A stretch of DNA of 64,000 bases from Blasia pusilla (taxonomy: Eukaryota). The first letter of the stretch is position 1; the number at the start of each line of letters is the position of its first letter. The notes under the pieces were generated by a model, which saw nothing but the letters and a program-made list of their open reading frames with translations, ran no database searches and was not told the DNA's origin. A program made the position numbers and the translations under genes. Shown one piece after another: positions 1-13,141 of this stretch. The DNA lies in the NCBI GenBank assembly GCA_050084515.1, contig CM114271.1, forward strand, positions 37,944,001 through 38,008,000. The letters are read 5' to 3'.

Positions 1-1896
1 GAGTGGTGGTTAATCAATCTCCTTGCACCAAAAAACCGTTTGGTCCCAAACGAGAGTACAATAACATCATCAGAGGCGCATGCAAGAGGTGAGGTTACAT
101 GTGCTCCAATGAGTAGGTCGGTAGTCCCAGCAGGTGACCCAGGTACTACAAAAGGTAACCTTCCATGTGCAAGTAATACTGGCGAGGACCTTGAGAAACT
201 TGGGAGTGACAAAAAGGTAAGTATCCCTCTTAACCCCTGTGAAGTTTTTCCCCCTCCAATAATTTTTTAATTCTCTTGAACTTTCTCCACGTCTTTATTG
301 TCACCCCGTGATACTATCCAGATTGAGACTTATACCTTCTAGATCATGTGATACTCGTGATCTGGTAGTGTGATGACATTAGTTGGGGTTTTATAAGTAG
401 CAGGCTGATACTATGATACATGGGGTAAGGACTGTTCTATGGAAACTAATTTTGAATGTGGCGGATATTTAGGGTTTGGCTTTATCATAGGGTGGCTATT
501 TCCTTTGGAATTGATTCTTGTGGTTGTGGTGTACATGAAGGAAAGGAGGATGTCATGGTAGATAAGGGGTAGGGCCAGATAGTATCGAGACATTGGAGGG
601 ATCTTATACTTCCCTATTTTGAGAGGTCATATGTGACCTGATCTTAGAGGTGACCTACGAGTGTAGGTCACCCTTCCCTTTATGAGGAGTGGCAACCTTG
701 GAGAGGTTGACCTTCTCAGCCATACATGGCTGGGAAGGTCAACTTGGACCTTGGGTCATGGGTTAGTTGGTAGTTGGTCTCATGAGGGGACCATATGTGT
801 AGTTGTTAGGGAGCTAGTATGGGTACCCTACAGGTTGGTAGTGACCTGCTGGGAGGGAGGTGACTTTTGTGTAGAGGTCACCCATGGAGGTGCCTAGGGG
901 GATAAACCTTGGATGAGTCTCATTGGGAGCTCATCTCCTTTGGATTGAGACCCTTGTTGGGATCTGTGATACAATGCGATGTGCATGTATTGAGCCTAGA
1001 TTCTCTCTTGAAGAGCGGGCTAGGAGTGATCAATAAGGAGATCACACATTTTGGGAATCCTTGTGTATACTTTCTCTTGCTGTCACACCAATGCATATCT
1101 AAATCATGAGTATGGTTTTTTGGATGAAGCACGGTTGATTGCAAATTTCATCAGAGCTTACAGTCCGTATTCAACTTTATATCCTAAGGAGATGCACCCT
1201 GGTTCTGAATAGAAGACAAATTCGGACTCAATTTATGGTGTAGAGCAGGATTGTGGTGCTATGGGGTTTGCAAGAATTGCAAGCTAGTGTATCTTGACCA
1301 TGGCAGAAGAATTGTTGAAATCAAAGTGAGATTTTCACAATTGAGAAATCTATGCAATACGAAAGATGTGACAGGATTTGAAGAGATGGAGGCTTTTCAA
1401 TCCTGGTGGAGTTGCTCAAGAGTGGAGCAATTGAGGATCAGATTGTAGGGATGGAGTTCTTGAGACAATTCTGGTGAGGAAATTAGTGTCAATCCTGACG
1501 TGAGTGTGGGCAAGCCAGCAAGTGCATTGGCAATTTGTTGCTGATTTTGAGTGAAGTGTGCTTGATTCTGGACCAAATCAGATGACTTTTGGGTAGGAGG
1601 AAAATCAAGCAAGAAGCAAATGTAAGGAGGGAACAAAAGTGTTTGATTGTGGAGGATTTTTTGAGATCTCAATTCTTCATTCAAAAATCTGAGTCCAACA
1701 GTGAAAACAAGACCAGAAACGGATCTCATTTGAGAAAGATTGCAAAGGATTCCCTATAGCCGCGTAGATTCCTTCAGATGAGCAAAAAGAATAAGAGAGC
1801 AGCGTTGGAGGTGTTGTGCGAGGCATCACAGCTTAAGTTCTGATAGCCCTTGTTTGGAAAGTTGTAAGGAGTGAGGAGGAGGAGAGCTCTTCATTC

Positions 1897-3341
1897 AATC
1901 GGAACTGAAGTTTCGATTTCCCTTGTTGGTGAACGTGGTTTAGGCAAGGAAGAGGTTACGTGGTCAACTTTCCCTCAGTCAGAGGTTGAGAAAGTTTGGG
2001 GTGCCGCTAGTATGGAGGAACTAGCACCACTAGTTTGTAGCCGTTAGTGGAGCATAGCTAGGACTGCTAGCCACAATGTTAGTGGAGTTGAGGGAGGCAT
2101 GAGAACTTAAGTTCTGATTCAAGAGATCCCTCCCAAGAGGCAGTTTGGAGCAAGGCGGAGAAGTACGAATCGGAACTAAAGTTCTAATTCAACAGCAAGG
2201 GCCGAGTCACCTGAAGGGCGCGGCACGGCACGGCGTGGCAAGGATGACAAGGAGCTGAAAAAGGGATTTGGAACTCAAGTTCCATTTCAGAGCACAATTG
2301 AGCCAAGGCGTGGTTTAATTGCATGGTGGTCATCTTGATGGCGTAGCAGAGATTAGCACGGCGGGAGTGACAAGGAAGCAAGGAGGATTAGGTTCTCAAG
2401 TTCCAATTATGTATCAGTTGGAGAACAGTGGAGCATCTCAACTGCAGTTGACTACGGCATAGCATAGTGCGGCGGCGTAGGGAAGTGAAGTGAACTGAAG
2501 TGAGAAGGCAATCGGAACTTCAGTTCCCATTCTGCTCTTCACTTGTGGGCCTTCTCTACTGGAAGGTGGAGAGGATAGGAAAGAGGCAATCGGAACTCTA
2601 GTTCCCATTCCGCTCGTGCATTGTGGTGTGTCTTTTCTACATGGAGGTAGAGATGATAGGAAGGAGGCAATCAAAACTCTAGTTTTGATTCCGCTCCTCA
2701 ATTGTGGGTTCTCTTCAGGGAGGTGGAGAGGGTAGTGAGGGCAATCAAAACTACGGTTTTGATCCCCTTTGGCACGGCCCAAGAAGTGGGGTCGGCGTGA
2801 CTCTCAATTTCAGCACGGCATTCAGAGGAAGGAGAGGAAATTGGGAACTGAAGTTCCTATTCCGCTGCCTCTCAAGTGGGGTGCGGCTCTTCTTTAGGCG
2901 CGGCCAGGGAGGAAGGAGAAAGAATCAAAACTGTAGTTCCAATCCGCGGAGTGTCAAGGGGGCGCGGCTCTCCCTACCAAGGCGTTGCGCGGCATATGGA
3001 GTAGAGGGGGAGGAATGAGCAATTGGAACTGAAGTTCCAATTCCGTCATTCTTATGTCAAGTCAAGAAGGAAGGAGTGAGCCAAGAGCACTCAAAACTGA
3101 AGTTCCAGTTTGGCACTCTTTTAGGTGAAGGATTTTCAGACGCCCAAGTTTCAGACGAGTTGGAAAAGCGGCACAGCAATCGAAACCCAAGTTCCCATTG
3201 GGATCAGTCCATTGCCCTTGTATATTCCAAGGTAGTCTCTTTTGGTGCAGGAAAGAATCAGAATTGAAGTTCCCATTCCCACCTTAGTCTCCAGGATCCG
3301 GCGTTTGTGGCGCGGCGCGAATCAAAACTGAAGTTCCCATT
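1897..3341. repeat. Array of at least 14 imperfect 22-bp palindromes (consensus AATCGGAACT-NN-AGTTCCGATT) mostly spaced ~65-125 bp apart
   Basis: Copies start at about 1897, 2168, 2266, 2387, 2510, 2588, 2669, 2743, 2840, 2923, 3021, 3089, 3178, 3256 and 3320. Copies at 2669 and 3021 have perfectly paired 10-bp arms. Confidence 0.85.
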
Positions 3342-3899
3342 CACATGTGAGTTTGGTATAGCAAAGTGTGGCGGAGAAGTGAGCGGGAGGTGAGGCGGGT
3401 GAATCATGGGTATTCTCGGTGTTTCGAGGCTTTGACATGGGAGAGGTGTCGGAGGTGCAAGTGGGCATGAGAGGCGCAAGGACTTGGCAAGTTGATGCTG
3501 ATCGAGTTTAGCATAACTTCGAGGTCACCCATCCCAATTCTATTCCTCTAGAGTGCGCTTAACCGGAGAGTTCTATTCCATGTTGTGTTACCAACACACC
3601 CACAAGGAAGTGATGGATAGTTGTTGCACACAAGGGAATTTATTCCCTTACCTTGATGCTTATGGAGATGTTTGAAGAGTGATTTTTCGGAAACACACAT
3701 TGTGGATTAGTGCATTGGTGAGTGCATGGTACTACCGCGACTATTGTAGAGAACTTGGTGGAATGGATGTATACCACACTTGTCGGGAGTGACTTTGTGT
3801 GCAAGCTATTTGTCGAATGAGTAGCTTGTGGATTCGAATCGACCCTTGTGGCCGTCTCCCAGATCTCAAATGATTCGAGGATAGTTCTCATTTTGAGCT

Positions 3900-5129
3900 T
3901 GTGATACCCACAATTTTGTACTTTTGAAGAAATATATCTTTTTATTCAATGAAGACTCTTGTACATTATGATTTTGATTATTATTTATTATTATGAGGAG
4001 GAATGACTAAGATTAAAGTGAATCAAGAAGCTCCAAGGACAAGGCAGAGAGATGGAAGATCAAGGATTTGCCTAAGAGGAGAGGAGAATAAAATAACGAA
4101 GTCTCAAGACTCAGCAAGAAGCTTCGGAATGTCAACGAAGCTCAACGAAGCTCTGTCTATGAAGTGCTTTGCTCTATAACGAAGCATAACAAAGCAGGAA
4201 GAAGAAGAGAAAGAAGTACTTCGCTCTTGTACAAAGCGCGAAGCATGAAGCACCTTAAACTAGAACAAAGAATGGAGTGCTTCGTCTTCAAGAAGTCCAG
4301 CGAAGCAAAGCTAAGAATGAGTATGATTTCAAGCGACGCACCGTTAGAACAATTAGACTAGGAAAGGGCACGACCAATTGTATCAAATTGGTAGTTAGGA
4401 CAGTTTTTTTCTGCGGATTGACAGGGATCGTAGGAAAAGCTAAGAGAACCATAGATCTAGGTAGTTACAAATGCTGAAGAGACACCAGCTTCATCAAGAA
4501 CGCTTCGAATCTTTGGATCACTCCTACTCTAGCGAGTATTTAAGAAGCAAGACAGAAGCCATAATCATCACTCTCTTATGAAGTCCTTATGCTGTAGGAA
4601 TGGTCCGAGCAAGGGAGTAGTACCCCTCTCGAGCTTGTATACACCTTTGAAGTTTCCTCATTCTTCATGGAGTAGTAAAGCAATCATTCATTCATTCAGA
4701 TGTGCGAGGCTTATGTGTGAGTATTCTTTTTGGGTCTGCAGAGTGAATCAATCGAGCCCTTCTCATCAATGAAATAATCAACATGAGTTGTAGGAAATCT
4801 GTTTGACAGAGAGTAGCCTGCCGAGACGGATTGAGTTCCGAAAGTAGGAGAAGCCAACTTTCTTGTTGAGGTCTCTATGAGGTTTCTTGATATTGAGAGG
4901 AAATCTACCTGAGCATGTTGTCAATTCCACTAGAGAGAATTGAGAAAAGACCCCTTGGTACTAAGAAAGATCCAAATATATTGATAAGACATTGAATATA
5001 AATCATACACATTCAAATACAATTATTACAACATAATTGTAATTTCGAACTCTCTTTTCATCAAACAATGATCCTCTTGGGGATCAAACTTAGTAAACGA
5101 CTGTAAAATTGAAACTCTTGTACATTACA
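3900..5129 (+). repeat. 5' LTR of Athila-like element
   Basis: TGTGATAC...CATTACA; direct repeat of 11757-12982. Confidence 0.95.
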
Positions 5130-5146
5130 TATAGCAACAAACTTTT

Positions 5147-5166
5147 TGGTGCCGCTGCCGGGGATC
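5147..5166 (+). promoter_or_regulatory. Primer-binding site complementary to the tRNA-Asp 3' end
   Basis: TGGTGCCGCTGCCGGGGATC versus the canonical Athila-type TGGCGCCGTTGCCGGGGATC (2 mismatches); starts 17 nt after the LTR end. Confidence 0.8.
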
Positions 5167-5684
5167 ATATGCTTTGCTAAGGAGGGAGAGAGACACATGG
5201 GGAATCCAAGAGCGGGGAAAGAAGCCTCGTCTCCTAGAAGACCCAACCACTTAGTTCTTACTGAAGACCATCTGCTATCTCTAGCCATCCCCCTCAGACA
5301 ATGGATGAAAGAAAATAACAACCGATTTGCTGCATTGGTGCTAGAAAAGAGAGAACGATTAATAAGTATTTTCAATAAACCAGTCATCAAACGGTGCTTC
5401 GCCCATGAACGTCGGTTGTACTTGGTGATGACCCGGTACTTCTGTTTATGGGAGGAAAACCTGGCAGGAAGATTCAGAGCACCTGCACACTCCTGTGGGC
5501 TTAGGAATTAGAAAGATTTAATTTCCCTCCATGGACCCCTACCTTGTTGCGACCATGGGTGTGGAAGTAAGCTCCCGAATCCCACAAGGGACTCATGGAA
5601 GTCTCCCAACCCTCTTCACGAGATCAGCGAGTTGATCGACGCAATAAGCAACAAGAAGATCACCCGTCTTGAAGACCGCATGGG

Positions 5685-7560
5685 GTGTCTCCCAGTCTTC
5701 GTCTTTGCACTAAGCCCAAGAGCAAGAAGAGGGGCAGGAACACACTCCCCACCACGTCTCCTGCTAGTTTGCAGTCGGACGAAGAGTCAACCTGGAATCC
5801 CTTTGGGGACTCGGGGGACGACGAGCTGACCAAATCAACCAGATCGGAACCGCTGCCTCCTCCCTCTCGAGCATCAAGCCCGGGATCCAGCACCAGACCA
5901 TTTCCCATGGCCAACACTAGGAAGACGCTGCTAAGATACCCCACGTTTGCAGGGGGATGGCGAGATGATGTTGATAACTTTGTGCTTGAATTCACCCATG
6001 TAGCCAAGGCTAATGGGGAAGGCTCAGAGGAGGATTTGTTGCGAGTCTTTCCTGGCCTACTCAAGAAGCGAGCAAGCTAGTGGTACGAGGGTCTCAGAGC
6101 GGACGTCACGGAAACATGGAAAAGAGTACTGGAGGCCTTTCTTCATGACTTCTGTGACCAGGAGTTTGAGGACAGGCTTCTTACAAAGCTTCGCAACCTG
6201 AAACGTAAAAAGAAGGAAACTCTCCAGGAATACACACAAAGGTTTCAAAGCCTGGTGAATAAACTTGAACACACTACTACCTCACAATTGGTAGATTGGT
6301 TTGTGTCGGGATTGTCCAAAGAAATGGACTGGTACTGCCAGCGAGGCCAACGAGATTCCCTAGAAGCAGTCATAGCCTCCGCAGAGACGTACGAGGCCTC
6401 AGAGAAGTCCCGTAAAACACAAAGACGGCGTCACCAATGATGAGGTTCTTTGCAAACTAGTGCTTTGTCGGAGAATGAAGCGTCTTCCACAGACACGGAA
6501 TCCTCCATGGGGGACACTTCGGAGTCCTCGGGACTCCAAAAAAGATTTAAAATCTAAGCGGAAAAGAAAAAGCACGCACCACCACTCTCCCAAGCACTGA
6601 AGGAAAACCCGACCAACAAAGCACCTTCCCCAACGGTCGGAAAGTCCACGGAGGGGGACAGCGAGGAAGGCAAGCAAGTTGGCCATGGAAGAGCTAAGTA
6701 AGCAAATGGCGAAATTGAAGGTACATCTGGCGGCCCAGAAGGATCCTAGAAGACGACCAGGTCTGATGAGGCCCAACATCTGGTGCAGTACTTGCGGAAC
6801 CCAAGGGCATACTGCTCAGGAATGTCATACTCAGAGGGATTTACGTTGGATCCAGGAAGATCCCACTACAGAAGAAGGGTGGTATGAACCCAAACAGTGG
6901 GAAGGGTGCTATGCAATCCAAGCTGTGCCACCACCTAAGTCCCGACGAAGTTGGATTACCCGATATGTGCCTCCAGAATACGAGTAAAAGAGACCCCTAA
7001 CACAGATTATGGGCGCGTCGGCCTTCACGCCACCCATAAAAAGGAATTGTTGTTATAATTGCGGGGCAGTTGACCACAAGGCTAATAATTGCCCAAATCC
7101 AAAGCGACCAGTAGGACTCAATCCCTTGTGCGGAAATTGCAAGAAGGGTGGGCACACTGCAGTGGAATGCCCGGAGCCCAAGGTCCCGCGGTTGTTGGTA
7201 AAATATGTCAACACCCCAGCAGCCCAACCAGAGTCCAAGAATGACATAAATGTGCAACTCGTCTGAGTGGAAGAGTTAGGATCCCCCAGGCCAAGGCGAG
7301 TCACTATCAAGGAGGAGGACTCGGACAAAATGGCGGTCGAAGAATCATCGGACTGGCCCAAGGAGCTCCAAGAAACCGTTCTTGCTGTCACAACGAGGTC
7401 CAAGAATCAGACCGCTGGGACCCCGAAGGCAAGGAAAGGTGCTTTGTCTTCGCACGAAGCTAAGGACCCCAAGATGAAAAGTGTCGACGCCTTCCGCGCC
7501 GGGAAGGCCATCCTAAAAGGCAATGTTGACCCGGCCTTCGATCGAAGTCACCCTAAGTAA
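5685..7560 (+). pseudogene. gag of Athila-like element (stops/frameshifts) with three CCHC zinc knuckles
   Basis: YPTFAGGWRDDVDNF gag N-terminus; knuckles CSTCGTQGHTAQEC, CYNCGAVDHKANNC and CGNCKKGGHTAVEC. Confidence 0.85.
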
Positions 7561-7586
7561 TTCCATCAGGATATTGAGGACCAGGT

Positions 7587-10500
7587 TTGGGCTCAAGTGC
7601 GTCAAGACAAGGGGCCAGAAGGGAGGCAGACCACAGAGAAGACAAGAACCGGAACGACTCCGGAAGTGCAAGCCATCGCGACGTCACCTCTGGTCTTAGA
7701 AGCCTACGACTTACTCAGGGACTTGGCGTCAACCCCGGCCAATATAGCCTGCTGCAATTATTAATCGATAACCCGGTGTACGGAAAAATTTTGCAGGAGT
7801 GGAAGATAAGCCGTAGAAAACCCAAGAAGTTTGCAAAGAATCTACCAGAAGTGGATCTGTTCCGTATCGAAGTGAAAGATTTGGGAGCACTAGAGGTAGA
7901 GGTGGAGATTGAAGGACACACCATTAAGAAGGTCCCCATTGACTCAAGAAGCGGAATTAACATTATGACGGAACAAACGGCGCGGGCGCTAGGATACACG
8001 GAGTACGAGCCCACCGACAAGTATCTACGGTTTGCAGATCAGTCCCGGAAGCAATCCCTTAGACAACTCACTCAGATCCCGACCATGCTTGGCGGGGTGC
8101 TATTTCTGTTGGGCTACTTAGTATTGCAGCCCCTAACAGCCACTGGCTATCCTTTGCTTATTAGAAGACCCTGGCTGTACAGTGCGAGAGTGACGACAGA
8201 CTAGAAAAGGAGACGTTTCACGTTCCACGCTCCGGACCAGGTCTCCAAGCGGCTCATCAAGTTGTTGTGGAAATCACGACCATCCCAAGGAGAAACGCCA
8301 CCGACCGACGAAGGCTATACGTCAGATCAAGAGCAGACTATAGCTACTGAGTCCTCGTCCAATGTGTATAATTTAGAATGTTACGAAATAGACGAGGAGT
8401 CGATACCTAGCAAACAGAAGTCGACCCGAGAAGAAGAGAAGCTAGGTCATAGCACATTCCACTTTACAAAGAATATGGTTCAAGAAAAAGACTACGTACA
8501 GGTCAAAAGTCTCTACGCCTCTCAGCGGATTTGTCTCCAACCGAACTCATGAAGTATAAAAGATTATTGTTTGAGTATTTGGATTTGTTTGCATACTTCA
8601 TGGATGAAATGACAGGCATTCCAGCACGGTGTGGTGAACACCGAATTGACCTAAAAGAAGGTGCGGTCCCGGTACGAATGAGGCACTATCGCCTCAACCC
8701 GAAGTACTCGTTGTTAGTCAAGGACGAGATCGACCAGCGTCTCAGGGCAGGAATAATTTATCCCGTGTTAAGTAGCGAGTGGGTGTCTCCCATTGTGATT
8801 GTACCCAAAAAACAAACGGGAAAAATCAGAGTGTGCCACGATTATCGGAAATTGAATGCGGCCACCTTAAAGGACCATCACCTCCTACCTTTCACTGACA
8901 GTATTTTGGACAAAGTTTCCGGCCACGAGCGTTATACCTTTTTGGATGGATACTCGGGTTATAACCACGTATCCATACGAGAAAAAGATCGGCCCCTCAC
9001 AACTTTCACCACGGACTGGGAACTTTCGCGTATCGCGTAATGCCCTTTGGGTTATGCAATGCGCCAGCTACCTTCCAACGAATGATGATCTCCATCTTCC
9101 AAGAGTATCTACGGAAGTTTGTTGAAATTTTCCTGGACGATTTTTGTATCTTCAGTACTGAGGTGAACACTTGGAAAAATTAGAATTAACCCTCGCTCGT
9201 TTTCGCGAAGTGCATTTGTCCCTCCATCCGGAAAAATCGTATATTGCCATGAAACAAGGGATTTTGTTGGGGGACAGAGTGTCAGCTCAAGGAATTGAGG
9301 TCGACAAGGCCAAGGTGGATATTATCGTCGGATTGGAACCACCCACCAATCTCTTCCCCGGTTGAGGATGACGAACGCGGACCTCACACAATCCGTGGAT
9401 GACATCTTTCCCGATGAAGACCTGTTCCACATCACGGAGGACCAATCTTTTTATGAAGATATTTTGCAACCGTACTCTGCGACTACCCGCCCCTATGACA
9501 ACGGACGAACGAGCAGTCTTCTTACATAAGGTAGGACCATATGAGATATGTCAAGGGATACTATTCAAATTAGGTGCGGATGAAGAGTATCGGCGATGCT
9601 TGGAAGCAGAAGAAATCCCCCACGTCATCAGAGCCATGCATACGGCTAATTTTGGTGGACACTACGTTGTAAAAAATACCGTTAAGAAAATCTTGGCGGC
9701 ACGTTATTGGTGGCCAACTATGTACAAAGATGTAAGTAACTTTGTCCAAAGTTGTGATGTCTATCAAAGAGCAGGTCGGCCAACGGCTACCTCGCGGTGG
9801 CCTTTGGTACCCATCATGCCCCTAGCTCCTTTTGAAAAATGGGGTATTGACTTTATGGGCCCTATCTCCCCTGCTACTTGCCAAACACGGCGGAATTATA
9901 TCCTTATAGCCACCGAATATTGTACCAAGATGGTCAAGGCGGTGGCCACGCGAAAAGATGATAATGAGGCAGTGGCCAAATTTTTATACGAAATGATTAT
10001 CACTCGGTATGGCTGCCCATTGGAATTAGTAAGTGATTATGGCACTCACTTCTTGAACAAAACTATTGAGTCTCTAACTTCCCACTTTCTCATTAAGCAT
10101 CGGAAAACCACGCCCTACAACCCTAAAGCCAACGGGTTGAGGGAAAAATCTAACGGCCTGATCTGCCGGATATTGAATCGATTGACGGTAACATATTCCT
10201 ATGATTGGGAATTGAAAATCGCCGCGGCATTGTGGGCAAACCAAATAGCTGAGAAGGTTACTACAAAGTATACCCCGTTCTTCCTAACTTATGGCGTTCA
10301 TCCCTAAACACCTATTGAATGGGCTTTGCCCACTTATCGAGTCTTGGAAGGAACGAGAACAGAGGCAGTCGCCGAGGTTTCCGAGGGAAGAAATGAGACC
10401 TTAGTCGCATTGGAGGAAGCCCGCACCTTGTCTCTACGCCAGAAAAAGCATGTACAAGATGAACGCAAACAACATTTCAATCCACATCTCCGGCCGCAAT

Positions 10501-10720
10501 CTATAAACGCCGGGGACCTGGTGCTGTTGTATGATAACCGTCGGATAAAGTTCCCTGGAAAGTTAAAATTGAACTAGATGGGACCCTACCGGGTATTGGC
10601 CATCTATGATAACGGATCGCTACAGTTGGGGACCTTGCAGGCCAAATCTTTGCCCACTCGTGTCAATGGAATGCATGTTCGGCGGTATTATGAGCCTCAA
10701 CCCTACGCGGACTCAAACAG
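7587..10720 (+). pseudogene. pol of Athila-like element: aspartic protease, RT, integrase; RNase H deleted
   Basis: PIDSRSGINIM (protease), WVSPIVIVPKK..IRVCHDYRKLN, LDGYSGY, MPFGLCNAP, FLDD (RT); GHY..CQSC-type zinc motif, WGIDFMGP, LVSDYGTHF, NPKANG, GPY (integrase). Multiple stops and frameshifts. Confidence 0.9.
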
Positions 10721-11283
10721 GAGGAAGGGGGTGAGCGACTACCTTGAGCTTCGCAAAAGGGCGAAGCGCGAGGATACTGGGACTTTGCGAAGCGCGCAGC
10801 ATGATGTCTGGGAGCTTCACGAAGCAGCAAAGCGTGCGAGTTCTTGAGCTTTGCAAAGAAGCGAAGCGCCAAACTAACTGTTGCAGTTCCGGCGCCAACA
10901 CCAAGAGCCCGCATAACGTTGGGACTATATAAGCATCCCTACTGAACCAGACGGGTATTTTCATGGATGGAGTCACCACAAAGTTGCGGAGCAGACCAAA
11001 GCGGGGCGTTCACCGAGATCGACCTACCAGCATGCCTCATGAAGACTCCACTCCCATTCTGCGAAGTGCGGCCATACGTATGGTCAAGCTGTCACCAGAG
11101 CTGGTCGAAGCGCTTGAAGAGTGATCTTTGGCAACTTTCTTTCAAGCTAATTGGACATTGACATCGGGGGAACTCCTCGGGGAGCTTCACTCCTCGACTG
11201 CAGCAGCCAAGTTCTGAAGAAAGGGTCTTCGGTATCGAGCTCAGCCCCAACAATGGACACCGGATGACTGGCGCGCCACTTAT

Positions 11284-11715
11284 ATGCTACCGGCTGCTCC
11301 AGAGTATAAGTATGATACCGAGGCCCTAGTAAAACACAAAGATTTATTGACACTCGGTTGTGTCACATCGGATCGTCTGGGCAGGAATGGTTATAAGGCT
11401 ACGTCGTTGTCTCCGCCATTGTTTGGACAGTTTTGTAAGCATTTGATGACATTATTTTACCCCGCTCAATCTTACTACCTAACAAATAAGCTTGTCAGGA
11501 TGTGCTATATCCTTTGGAATCAGCACCTGGACCCCGAAGCACCGGGAGTCGACTTTGCTTCCTTTGTCGATGGGCACGTACGAGCAATGCTGAAGGCGCT
11601 TCATCCGAGCACAAAGTCCTTCTTGTCCCCCTTTACTATTCATGGTTGTTTAACGTCTACGCCTAAGTTTGATAGCTTAGAAGACACATTCATGGATTTA
11701 GAAGGAACATCATGA
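11284..11715 (+). pseudogene. Additional sense ORF remnant of unknown function between integrase and 3' LTR
   Basis: 143-aa open stretch inside the element, downstream of pol; extra 3' ORFs are common in Athila/Tat lineages. No motif recognised. Confidence 0.35.
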
Positions 11716-11740
11716 AGTGTTCGCCAAGGCGGCTCACATA

Positions 11741-11756
11741 TGAGGGAGGGGGTATA
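11741..11756 (+). promoter_or_regulatory. Polypurine tract
   Basis: TGAGGGAGGGGGTATA immediately before the 3' LTR. Confidence 0.85.
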
Positions 11757-12982
11757 TGTGATACAAACAATTTTTTACTTTTGAAGAAATATATCTTTTT
11801 ATTCAACAAAGACTCTTGTACATTATGATTTTGATTTTGATTTATTATTATGAGGAGGACAGAGTAAGATTAAAGTGAATCAAGAAGCTCCAAGGACAAG
11901 GCAAAGAGATGGAAGATCAAGGATTTGCCTAAGAGGAGAGGAGAATAAAATAACGAAGTCTCAAGACTCAGCAAGAAGCTTCGGAATGTCAACGAAGCTC
12001 AACAAAGCTTTGTCTACGAAGTGCTTTGCTCTATAACGAAGCATAACAAAGCAGGAAGAAGAAGAGAAAGAAGTACTTCGCTCTTGTACGAAGTGAGAAG
12101 CACGAAGCACCTTAAACAAGAACGAAGAATGGAGTGCTTCGTCTTCAAGAAGTCCAGCGAAGCAAAGCTAAGAATGAGTGTGATTTCAAGCGACGCACCG
12201 TTAGAACAATTAGACTAGGAAAGGGCACGACCAATTGTATCAAATTGGTAGTTAGGACAGTTTTTTTCTGCGGATTGACAAGGATCGTAGGAAAAGCTAA
12301 GAGAACCATAGATCTAGGTAGTTACAAATGCTGAAGAGACACCAGCTTCATCAAGAACGCTTCGAATCTTTGGATCACTCCTACTCTAGCGAGTATTTAA
12401 GAAGCAAGACAAAAGCCATAATCATCACTCTCTTATGAAGTCCTTATGCTGTAGGAATGGTCCGAGCAAGGGAGTAGTACCCCCTCGAGCTTGTATACAC
12501 CTTTGAAGTTTCCTCATTCTTCATGGAGTAGTAAAGCAATCATTCATTCATTCAGATGTGCGAGGCTTATGTGTGAGTATTCTTTTTGGGTCTGCAGAGT
12601 GAATCAGTCGAGCCCTTCTCATCAATGAAATAATCAACATGAGTTGTAGGAAATCTGTTTGACAGAGAGTAGCCTGCCGAGGAGTTGAGTTCGAAAGTAG
12701 GAGAAGCCAACTTTCTTGTTGAGGTCTCTATGAGGTTTCTTGATATTGAGAGGAAATCTACCTGAGCATGTTGTCAATTCCACTAGAGAGAATTGAGAAA
12801 AGATCCCTTGGTACTAAGAAAGATCCAAATATATTGATAAGACATTGAATATAAATCATACACATTCAAATACAATTATTACAACATAATTGTAATTTCG
12901 AACTCTCTTTTCATCAAACAATGATCCTCTTGGGGATCAAACTCAGTAAACGACTGTAAAATTGAAACTCTTATACATTACA
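11757..12982 (+). repeat. 3' LTR of Athila-like element
   Basis: Direct repeat of 3900-5129, ends CATTACA. Confidence 0.95.
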
Positions 12983-13141
12983 GAACTTCCACAATGTATA
13001 GTTAGACCTATCTAACTTCCCTTCATCCAACAGAGGAGGGCGAGCACGAACTGACGAAGAAGTAGCCATCTCTCAAGATTTTGTGCAAACACACTAGATC
13101 CCCAGATACAAAATACTGGAAAATCTACTACTCTGATACCA

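Larger units (their letters stand above)
3900..12982 (+). mobile_element. Full-length Ty3/gypsy LTR retrotransposon, Athila/OTA-like non-chromovirus, degenerate
   Basis: Near-identical TG...CA LTRs at 3900-5129 and 11757-12982; 5-bp TSD GAGCT/GAACT (1 mismatch); tRNA-Asp-type PBS; PPT; gag-PR-RT-INT order. Confidence 0.95.

Noticed and set aside
1-1150. Copia gag/protease ORF on the minus strand
   Set aside because: Only faint resemblances (WIVS, KRESRL); too decayed to call as a separate feature.
1897-3341. CRISPR array
   Set aside because: Eukaryotic TE context with no cas genes. Repeats are degenerate, spacer lengths are irregular, and neighbouring spacers (2510-2740) resemble each other.
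4164-4772. Short ORFs duplicated at 12021-12334
   Set aside because: They lie within the LTRs; duplication reflects LTR identity, not coding function.
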